From Tubiluchus corallicola (Eukaryota > Animalia > Priapulida), in the NCBI GenBank assembly GCA_030141605.1, contig JAQGDQ010000201.1:248001-312000 (forward strand): a DNA stretch of 64,000 nucleotides. The letters run 5' to 3'. Each line of letters opens with the position of its first letter. Within the stretch, counting starts at the first letter, position 1. The notes below the pieces were generated by a model. That model searched no databases, was not told where the DNA came from, and saw only the letters and a list, made by a program, of their open reading frames with translations. Both the position numbers and the translations under genes were made by a program. Positions 1-16,700 of this stretch are shown one piece after another.

Positions 1-403
1 ACGAAAAGAACAAATACCGTCTAGAAGACTAGTCAATCTTGCTACACAAACTACTTGACCTATTAACTGATGTAGCAGGTAAGCAGGTAAGCTGACTTAA
101 GTTTATTAGTCACGCGATCCTCATATAATGATGAAATGCATTCATACGCAGTATCAACATTCAACATTAAAAATTAAACATATTAATAATTCATGTTAGA
201 TACTATTTTTCTCGTTAGTTTTAGATCTTTAGGCACTGATGACAAAGGAGGTATCGAAAACAAACGTACAAACCAAAAAAAGCACAACTGAACCAGGCAT
301 CATTATTACACTGAAAATTGATTTATTATACTACATACTGTAATGTAATGCTTAATAAAACTAAAGTGCGGTAATTTAATGCATTCCAAGTTAGTGTCAC
401 TTA

Positions 404-1292
404 TGCATCCACACGATCATACAAAACACTGTCATTCTCCAGTTCATCAGTGTTGAAGGAACATGTGGACACAAGGATGACAGTGAAATTTGAATGTCAT
501 TCAAGTTTGAATTTCGTCAGTGTCGGTCGTCATTCTTGGAACAAACAGCCAGTAATAAAGTGCGCTGGTGACTCAGCTAGAAGACACCATTTGCAGCGGG
601 TGGCAAGGTAGCCAAAATGCACGAAATCCCCGAAAAACCACACACTGTCAAAAAAATTAAAATTGCCTATTTGTTTTATAAAGTGCACGAGTGTCATCGA
701 GTACAGAAACTGGTGTGTATGAAGAATTGAAGATGGAGTGCATACAGTGGAATAGGGAATTCATAACAGGGTTTATAGACACGTACAGGGTGATAGAAAT
801 TCATAAAATGCTTACGGAATTTTTTTTACAAAAATAGAGACACCTAAGAGGTGGGATATCAAAATTTATTGTATCATACGCATGAAAATTACCCCCAAGC
901 TCTCATACTGCTATTACCTCTACTTTTCTGTAAGAAAAGTGTAATTTTATCCAGCAAGTCACCAAACATTGTTGGTGTCATCTGCTTATCATTTAAAAAG
1001 TCATTTGGCGCTTCTGCTCTTAAGTCCTGAAATATGTGGTAATAGCTCACTTTTTTGTTTCTTCGTTGCAACCATTTTTAACCGATAACTTCTTCTTTCT
1101 TCCCTCTTAACTTCACAGAAACACATGCTGCAACCACTGCCAACAAAGTTCATTTTCGTGCAAACCGCTTTGGTGCCATTTCGGAATAGAGGTGAACAAT
1201 CCTTCAACAAATAGTTATATGCAAACTAACTGACGATGAAAACTAATTGTGTAGACAGAGTGTCATTCTTTTGAAGGATTGTGTGGATGGCC
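404..1292. mobile_element. Internally deleted PIF/Harbinger DNA transposon in a CDK7 intron
   Basis: Imperfect TIRs (catccacacgatc at ~406-418; gattgtgtggatggcc ending 1292). Minus-strand ORF 889-1071 (YHIFQDLRAEAPNDFLNDKQMTPTMFGDLLDKITLFLQK..SMR) resembles a Harbinger transposase N-terminus. A plus-strand ATG at 733 (MECIQWNREFITGFIDTYR) resembles the start of a MADF/Myb-SANT partner ORF. Confidence 0.6.
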
Positions 1293-1420
1293 TATTAGTG
1301 GTCCCAGTAGTCTTTCTACTTTCAGCTACTTTAATATATCTCCACTGCCACATAAGTATACATTGTATCTGAAACTGTGAAATTTTATTAAGTAGTAGTG
1401 TAACAAGTTAAGTATTTTAC

Positions 1421-7927
<6,507 letters not shown>

Positions 7928-8196
7928 GCTCAAATGATCAGGAGGTACTGAACATGACTTATCCAATGTGCATGAGTAAATCAGCTCTGATTTGCAGTAT
8001 AATGTCTAAGCTACTTTCACTATTTATGACGTAATTGTTCACAACCGTCTTAAGTTGGTTAGACATTCGACATTCAATATTGAACGTAAAAACAATAGTG
8101 AAACTGGACCCATCTCAAGTTAGTCTGATCTTCGACAGTCGACATCTAATATTGAATATAAAAACAGTAGTGAAATTGGTTTGATATTCGAGTGTA

Positions 8197-8918
8197 GGGC
8201 GCGGAGTACGCCACTAGCCAAACTTTCGCTAAACCGCATGTGCTAAATTTGGGGAAAAGCAGTGTCGTAGGATAGCCCAAGTAGGGCACTGGCGATTTCT
8301 GTCGAGAATAGATTATTATGACATAATAAAACACGAAACTAGATATGTTTTAGAAAAAAACTAACACGACAATTTACATTTAATGTATTATTATTAATAT
8401 TATTAGCCCCATTAATATCTTCATAACATTAAACAAAGTATCTAATGGTTTAAAGACAGAAGCTAGAAACTATATAGGGCAAAAGCTCGCTAGCCCGTTT
8501 ACTTAGTAGAAAACAATTATTTTCCAAGAATTAGTGAAACGATCATCTGTCTGTGAAGCGAGACAAAACAAAAAATGATATAGCTTAAGCAAATGTTGGA
8601 ATCGCCTAAAAAGGGGATCTTATTTCACTTCAAAAAGATTAATATTGAAGTCAAGTTTAATATTGGCCATTCTACTAGCTCAGAGCAAGACTTTTTTTAT
8701 TTTATCAGATGTATAATAAATTTTTCAACGTGTATTGACGTTTTCAATTATTATTATTAATTAAACAAGGACAACAGACGCTTCCAGTACGGTTAACGAC
8801 TCAACTCGTGACCTATCTCTAGTATCCTACATAGGCTAGCCCAAGTATGACCCGTTCTACTTGGGCTAGCCCATGTACGCCAATTGTCCTACTTCGGCCA
8901 ACGTCCCACTCCGTTCCC
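8197..8918. mobile_element. Putative non-autonomous DNA transposon with GGG termini and subterminal repeats
   Basis: Left end gggcgcggagtacg..tagccaaa versus right-end reverse complement gggaacggagtggga..tggccgaa. Repeated tagcccaagtag/ctacttgggcta units near both ends surround an AT-rich core. Confidence 0.4.
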
Positions 8919-10007
8919 AACGCGAGTTTCGCCTTGTTAAAGGAAATCTTCCAGTGCTACAATTCACGTCAATCGTAGTTTATTTAGGCTGTCCAATTCC
9001 AACACAGAGATTTAAAAATAAAATTAGGAACTAAGATCAAAATAACAGAAATCGATGAAAACAATTAAGTTTTGAAGAGTCTTATACAGCCAATAAATAT
9101 CCTCGATGAAGATTTAAATTGTTGTTTGGTTGGCTGTCGGTGTATTCATGTGGTTGCCTGTTGAAGTGCTGGTGTAACCAGAGAAAAGTTTGCAACACCT
9201 CAGCAAGAATAAATATTCGTTGGTAGTTCATTATCTATCTTGTCGTACGGATGCCTGCCCGTTGGGAGCTTTCATGTTCCCATATGATAGCACTTTTCCC
9301 AAGATTCACATTCAACAAGTGTTCCAAAGTTTAACATATCCAGTACTTGAACTGTGTGAGCTAAGTAACCCATCTGACACCTACTATATGCTTATCTGCA
9401 TCATTAGTTATCTTGCATTTGAGGTGTGATCCTAGGCTTGTTTTTCTTTTAAAATGGAGAAATAAAAGAAATTTAAAAATATAAGTATCTGTATGGAAAA
9501 CTTGATAAATGCAAACAACAGCTTTGGAACTTTAACAGGAGAAAGAGAGATAAAAACAAATTCATAATAACATATTAACTCGATTACAAATGAAAAAAGT
9601 CTGTCAGACATACAGTGAGAGGAATTATTTTGTTATACTGCAGTTGCAGCGTCCGTTCAGGTTGGAGTGAATGGTAATATTTGGTTTGATAATAAGTCCA
9701 AGTCGTGAAATTTCCTCTTGGCCTAGTTTGAGACTTTGGCACTCTATACACTTGCTTTTGCAAGTTCTAATCACTCTTTTTTTTTAATTGATTACTAACA
9801 GAACAATTATTATTAAAATAATTTTATAAAACTACTTAGAGCAGAATAGTTAAAATTAATTTCTGTATAGGTAACACTAATCCAGTTGATGGTAAGATAA
9901 AATCAGCACAAAGTACAAGCATTACTTGAATCTGTAATTTTGGTGGTTTTCAGGATTTATTTATATAAGCCAAACACCGCAAAAGAATTTTGCACACAAA
10001 CCAATGA

Positions 10008-10110
10008 CAACCTACACCACCCACCCCACACCACGCTACACCCATCACACCATCCACTGCACTCTCACTGCACTACATCCACTAAACCACACCAGACCCA
10101 CTACACCATG
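10008..10110. repeat. Degenerate CA-rich (CACCA-like) low-complexity repeat
   Basis: acctacaccacccaccccacaccacgctacacccatcacaccatccactgcac... Confidence 0.6.
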
Positions 10111-10320
10111 TCATATCTGACACACTGATAAAAGATCTACTTAATGTGCGCAACTATAATGTGTGCGTCGTCGACTTGTAGTGGCCATGAATAGTTCACA
10201 ACTTGTAATGTTCATCGTAATAATAAAGCTCACTTAAATCTATTTGTGGATCTGTTTGCCTTACTATCTGTGGGATAACAAGAGATGGTGTCAGAGATTC
10301 GAGCCCAGCAGTATTAGCGA

Positions 10321-13300
10321 TAAATAATAATAATAATAATCTTTTATTTATCTTTTAACACACACAGTTACAATACAATTAATTTAGCAACAAAAATGTG
10401 AAGAAAGGGCAGCGAAGGACCAATTGGTCATCTAGTCAGCTGCCCTTTGGTTAGTGATGAACATTTTTAAAGGCGCTATGCTACAGTGTATTAGTGTTAG
10501 TACTGCTTATAATAAAAACTAAATTGTTAGGAATGACATAAAATTGATAATGATATGCTTATAATGTGTTAGTACAATTCATACACAGTAATAATAAGTG
10601 CATAATAATAATAATAAAAAAATCAAACTGAAGATAGCTGAAATAAGGACTGAAACAAGAACTGAAATAAAAATCTGACATCAGGAACATAATAACAATG
10701 GCAACTGAAATTTACTTTATAACGCAAGCATAATGTAAAAAAAAATACAGAGCGATTTTTGATGATCTGATGTAAAATAAATTGGCAGATAGTTAGAGCA
10801 CAAAAATTACGTGTATGACTGCATGAGGAGATTGACAATTGGAGTCCAGACTTTGAAAATGATCTACAGAAGTTAGACAATAAACAATTAAATATGGAAG
10901 TTAATTGATTCTGCTATAACAGTAACTGCTCTTGCAAAAGGAATAAAAGTTGTTCAGTAATAAGTTTGCAAGAGTTGACATTTATATAATTTACTTAAGT
11001 GACAGATACTAGTTGATTGCTTAAGATCATCTGAAAGAGTATTCCATAGAACTGTACCATTATGTTTTAAAGTTTGTAAACCTTTTGTTGTGTTAAATCT
11101 TTCCTGAAAATAGTTTTGTTTGGTAGCTGCTCTCGTAGAATACTGGTGAACGTCACTAATCTTTTTGAAATAATTGCCGTACAATTTAGGTAGAATGCCC
11201 TTTTTATAGTTGAACATGAATTTCGCTAACTCAAGCTTATAAATTTCATTAATTTTTAATAATTGCAAAGCATAATAGGAGGGGGTAGCATGATCTCGGA
11301 ACCCAGCAAAAGTCATTGTTTTGGTAATTTTGTTATGTGCTGCTGTAAGTGGTTTCAAAACAGATTTTTTTGCTGTGCCCCACGATAAGATACAATAGTT
11401 AATGTGTGGGTACACAATGGCAAAGTAAATCATTTTTAGTATATCCGTGCTCAAGTAATGCCTCAATTTAAAAAATATACCTGTAACTTTGCTTACTTTG
11501 TAGGTAATATTTTTTATGTGTGTTGACCAATTAAGGGTGTCATCTATGTAGACGCCCAAATATTTTATGTCTGATACTTGTTCTAATAAACAGTCTTGCA
11601 TGGATACTGTTATAATGGAGTTTTCATTGTTTTCAAATTTATTTCTTATGATCATAAATTTTGTTTTATTATAGTTTACTGTTAACTTATTTGTATGCAT
11701 CCATGTGTTAATTTTGATCAGTTCTTCATTACTTTTAAGCTCAAGAATTTGCGTATCGTTGTCTGCTAAGAAGAGGTTAGTGTCATCAGCAAAAAGTCGT
11801 GTTTGCATGTTAGTACAAAGAGGGAGGTCATTTATATATATCAGGAAAAGAAGTGGACCCAAGGTGGATCCTTGAGGTACACCACATTGTATTGAGCATA
11901 GGTCAGAGGCAAAATTGTCAACTACCGTAAATTGGTGTCTGTTCGTAAGATATGACTGGAATAGTTTTTGCGTGATTCCACGGATACCATAATAGTCCAT
12001 TTTGTTGAGTAGAATGTCGTGTTGAACGGTGTCAAAAGCTTTTGTTAAATCAAGAAAGATGCCGCAGGTAAGTAATTTATTGTCTAGGTTTGTCAGAAGA
12101 TTGTCTATGATTTCAGCAGTTGCTAATATTGTGGAATGATTTTTGCGGAAACCGAATTGAAAACACGATATTGTATCATTTTTGATTAAATATGTCATCA
12201 GGCGTTTATATAAAATTGACTCAAAAATTTTGGCAATGGGTGATATGAGTGAGATGGGTCGGTAGTTGTTCAGCTCGTTTGGATCATCTTTTTTATATAT
12301 GGGGATTACTTTTGCCAGTTTTAAAGTGTCGGGGAATGTCCCAGTCAGAATTGACGCATTAAACAGATTTGTAAGCGGAGTTAAAATTATGTTTTTTGAC
12401 ATTTTGAAATATGTAATTGGGATGTCATAAGGGCCTTTTGCTTTATTGGGATCTAGTCTATCAATAGCTTGGGAAATCTCGATTTCGCTAACTGGTGTGA
12501 TATAGAAAGAATTTTCTTGGGGATGCATTAAATAGTCTGTATACTTACAGTTTTGGGGTTGTGTTATGCGTGATGCCAGTGATATACCAATGTTTGCAAA
12601 AAAACTGTTAAAAGCATTAGCTTTATGGTGCGGGTCGCATGAGGTTGTGCCTTGGTAACGAACTTTAGTTGGCATTATACTTGCTGTCTTTTTTTTAATT
12701 TTGAGAAGTTCATTGATAGTGCTCCAAGTTTGTTTCATGTTATTTTTGTTTGCAAGCAAGATCTGGGAGTAATACTTCTTTTTGGATGCATGTTTGATGT
12801 GATTAAGTTTGTTAGAATATGTTTTATATAAATTTTGCTTATACAGTGAGTTGGATAACTTGTGTGTTGTATACATACGGCTTCTTGTTTTAATAGAATT
12901 TAGAATGCCGGGAGTGATCCATGGTTTAGCTATAGTTTTTGAGTTTTTCCTTGATAACGTTTTGAGTGGGGCATGTTTGTCAAGTAATGTTTTAAACGAG
13001 TCCATGAATTGTGAGCAGTAAGAGTGTATGTCTGCTTCGCCATCATTCAGTGTTAGGTTACTTATATTAACTTGAAGCTCGCTTAAAAAGTTACCTTGAT
13101 TGAATGATCTCGTACATCTGACTGTTTTTTTAATGTTGTTGTGCAGGAGATTAGTATTTCTTATATTGGCAAATATTGGCAAGTGGTCCGCAATGGGGTT
13201 AGTAATGATGCCAGATGTGATGGGTGTAGAAAGATTATTAGTATAAATATGATCAATTAGGGTGTGTGACGTTGGAGTAATTCTAGTTGGTCGCGTGATA

Positions 13301-13535
13301 ATTGGTGTAAATTGATTTGAGAAGAGCATGTTGAGATACTTATTAATGAATGGTTTGTTATCATGTTGATATAAGTCTATATTAATGTCTCCACATATAT
13401 AAGCTGGTTTGCCTGTGGAGTTGATAGTGCAAAGAACTGATTCTAATTCGTCATGAAAATGTTCGACTGGGGTGTTTGGATGCCTATATATTATTCCAAA
13501 TATAAAATATTTTTTGTTATCGGTGGAAGCAATTT
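10321..13535 (-). mobile_element. 5'-truncated non-LTR retrotransposon (CR1/L2 group, Crack/Daphne-like)
   Basis: Uninterrupted EN-RT reading frame 13533->10954. The ~610-bp 3' UTR carries a gactagatgacc..ggtc stem-loop (10426-10437 region), AATAAA and an (ATT)n tail at 10321-10340. No ORF1 and no clear TSD. Confidence 0.92.
10954..13533 (-). CDS. LINE ORF2 (APE endonuclease C-terminal half + reverse transcriptase), N-terminally truncated
   Basis: The 791-aa ORF extends in frame 68 codons upstream of its first Met (GIIYRHPN, CGDINIDL). EN motifs TLIDHIY and ADHLPI; RT motifs YRPISLI, QFGFR, FLDLTKAFDTV, GVPQGSTLGPLLFLIYINDL, LFADDT and KYLGV. Confidence 0.93.
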   Translation of the reverse strand: MASTDNKKYFIFGIIYRHPNTPVEHFHDELESVLCTINSTGKPAYICGDINIDLYQHDNKPFINKYLNMLFSNQFTPIITRPTRITPTSHTLIDHIYTNNLSTPITSGIITNPIADHLPIFANIRNTNLLHNNIKKTVRCTRSFNQGNFLSELQVNISNLTLNDGEADIHSYCSQFMDSFKTLLDKHAPLKTLSRKNSKTIAKPWITPGILNSIKTRSRMYTTHKLSNSLYKQNLYKTYSNKLNHIKHASKKKYYSQILLANKNNMKQTWSTINELLKIKKKTASIMPTKVRYQGTTSCDPHHKANAFNSFFANIGISLASRITQPQNCKYTDYLMHPQENSFYITPVSEIEISQAIDRLDPNKAKGPYDIPITYFKMSKNIILTPLTNLFNASILTGTFPDTLKLAKVIPIYKKDDPNELNNYRPISLISPIAKIFESILYKRLMTYLIKNDTISCFQFGFRKNHSTILATAEIIDNLLTNLDNKLLTCGIFLDLTKAFDTVQHDILLNKMDYYGIRGITQKLFQSYLTNRHQFTVVDNFASDLCSIQCGVPQGSTLGPLLFLIYINDLPLCTNMQTRLFADDTNLFLADNDTQILELKSNEELIKINTWMHTNKLTVNYNKTKFMIIRNKFENNENSIITVSMQDCLLEQVSDIKYLGVYIDDTLNWSTHIKNITYKVSKVTGIFFKLRHYLSTDILKMIYFAIVYPHINYCILSWGTAKKSVLKPLTAAHNKITKTMTFAGFRDHATPSYYALQLLKINEIYKLELAKFMFNYKKGILPKLYGNYFKKISDVHQYSTRAATKQNYFQERFNTTKGLQTLKHNGTVLWNTLSDDLKQSTSICHLSKLYKCQLLQTYY

Positions 13536-13762
13536 AACTCTCGTTTCTAGAGATGAAATTATTTCTATTTTTGGATTCATAACAAAATTTTTCTGTGATT
13601 TTGCTTCCTTCTCACTCAGAAGCTACAGATCGCTTTGGGTCCAGCAGAGCAAAATGAAAATATATGCTCGTAGCAACGTAGAGGTTGGCGTAAAGAAGTA
13701 ACTTAATTACGGCTACTGCTGACGCCTCGTCACAGTTATCTGGAAATTTTCACTAAGGCAGT

Positions 13763-16700
13763 ATGGCGTCAAATTTTCCAGTTCCCCAACAACAAGGGCA
13801 AGGGGATGCATGTTATTTTACGTTGTTAGGCCTTGCAGAGCACTTTAGGACGACTAGTCCACCAAACTATAGATTGTGCATACACTGTTTGCAAGGAATA
13901 TTGACATTGAACCCTAATACTCGAGTAGAGGCCAGGACACATTTGCAATTAGGGACCATTCTACATCAACACACAAAAAATGATGATTTGGCTAAACACC
14001 ACCTAGAAAAGGCAGTAAGTATTATTCGCTGTTAAAAACAAATTTGGTGTATTCTATATACATTGTATCTTGACTTTTTTAAAGTTAGTGTAGTTTATGG
14101 GCCTTGTCCTTTTACTTGCGTTCTGGAGTTTGGATAGCGGACTCATTTCATACTGTACGTGCTAGTTGATGCAGTTCGAGTCCAAATCTTGTGGCAGTTT
14201 CAGGCTTAATGCAAAGAATAAATATGGTACAAAAGTAAAGTACAAGCGGCAAAAAATAGGTGATGTACATGCCATATTGATAATAAAACTCCATATCCAA
14301 GCAAAGAGTTACTGAAGCTGTTTTATGAATTAGTATTACTATTTAAGTAACTCACTGTACAAGTAAAAGCAAACATTGACAGATAATTTCAAATACAAAG
14401 CTCAACATGGTTCACTACCTAATCGTTGTGACATTGCAAATCTAGTTTCTTGTCTGAACAAGTTGACCAAATTTTTTGATCATATGATCCATGCCAATCA
14501 ATACACATGGTTAAAATAAACTACAATATTTTTGTGATACTTTTTATTTGGTAATATCTATCTGCACTTTAAAAAGGATTTATTCATTTTTTTCTGTGAC
14601 TTTTATTTTCTACAAAAAATGTGGGAGTTTTGGGAAGTAAGTTTTGTCTTGCAAAAAATTTTCTGGCAAAAAACTTTCCAGGGAAACTTCTGGGAAACAA
14701 GTCTACCTCAAACTGGGTGCATGTCAGTTCTTAACGTTTAGACAGAAGAAACTGTGTATGGTGGATTTATGTTGTTATCAGCTTTTTAGAAAACTTCGTT
14801 ACTACAAACATTAGTGTTTTAAGTAAACTTTTTATCAAATACAACATTCGTCATTAATTGGTTAAAGGAATTAGCAAACTTATATTGTTGTAAAAGCAAA
14901 TTGTCACTTAATTGGAGGAATTGCAGTTTTACTGTGTTGACTAAATTATTATGTCTAACAGTGTTGTTTTGCATTTTTTTCAGTGGAGTTTATCACAGCC
15001 TGTATCCTTTCAAATTTCAGACATAATTGTTCTGAACTGTAAACTGCTAATGCAAATTTGTAGTAGTAAATTCACAATTGTAATAAGGTGATTACTTTTT
15101 TAAATTAACATGTGGTTAATCACAGTGTTCCATTTTTATCTGGTATCACTTAACCTATTATAACCCAATTTTGGTTTACTTTTTCTATTCAGAGCAAATT
15201 AAATACTTAATTTAATGGTGTAGTCAGCCTTTTTACTTCAAAATAGTTCATTTAGAACAGTTATTAATCAAACTTTTATTCTTTTTATTATATAGTTTCG
15301 TAAAATTCTTTTGTGTTAGTATCTTGCATAGTATTTCAGTATGCTGAAGATATAGGATAGGTAAAGGTATATAATTTTGTGTTGTTTTGATAGCTCCAGC
15401 TGTACCTACAATTTTTTCATGAAATGAATTTATGCTTCCTTAGCTTGAACTCAGATGGCTTCTTTTGATGATGTTAAGTTTGAAACTGCAAGTATTCTAT
15501 CTGAAATTTATCAGCACCAGGTAACAGTCCATTAATCACTTAAGAATAATACCCGCATTCTGCAGCAATACCTAAAATAATGATAATTTACTAGTATCGC
15601 TGTTGTGTAAGCTTGTAATTGTTTAAGTTTTTTAAGGTATATTTCTGAGGATAAATAGCACTACTGTAATTATGGCTACCAGGAAAAATTTTGACGACTA
15701 TGTCTTATGATGCATGTTATGCATCGTGTTTTAAAAATTTCAAGGAAAAATTACGCTTGCAGATATATCAAGCTATCGACTAAATGGCAATTCACTTTAT
15801 GTTAATTCCATACATGTACCAAAAAATATTCATACACACAAATTAGATTTGTTATTGTCATGTGTTATCTTAATTTTATAAGTTATAAGTTACAGGTGTG
15901 TATAACTTTGGGTCATCAACCATGAGAACATGATTTAGAGCTTTCTATTTATATGTGGTGCACTTTGGTGTGTTCAATAATTTAATTGTTTTCTTTTTTA
16001 TAGAATCTTGACCATTTGGCTAAAACAGTGTTACGAAAAGCAGTGGAGCTTTCTCAGCAATCTCAGTCTGCATACTGGCATTGCCGATTGCTGTTTCAGC
16101 TAGCAGTATGTTTGTATATTAGTCTGAATCACCTTAGATGGTACATGATGCTGCTTCTTGCATCAATTTGAAACATTATCAATTATCAACTTTTTAACAA
16201 TTTGAAAAACTATTATTGTAAAAATTCAGCTGAGCCAACAAATGATTTTTAGTGCTGATGATTGAAAAACTGTTAAAACATGCATAACATCTTAATTAAA
16301 TTAATGACATTTTTGGTATTAAGACAAAAAGCTTAAAAATTATTTTTGCTTTGTCGAAATTTCGACTGTTTGTTTTTTGTTTGTTTCCAGTTCTAGTAGA
16401 TTCCACAGAATGAAAAGTCGTTTAAGCTGTACATAGCTGAACTATGAACTATGATATTTTATTTCACACATAAAACTAAAACACAGTTACAGTATGCCTC
16501 ATTATTTGTGAACATTCCCTTGTCTTTCGAGACAGAAGGATGCCAACAACAACGATATATATATATATATATATATATAGTAGATATATATTGTTGTTGT
16601 TGGCATTCTTCTGTCTGGAAAGACAATGGAGTGTACGCCAAGAGAGTCAGTTATTGATCACATTGATGGAGCTGCAGCATCGACTGTGGCTGAGCAGTCC

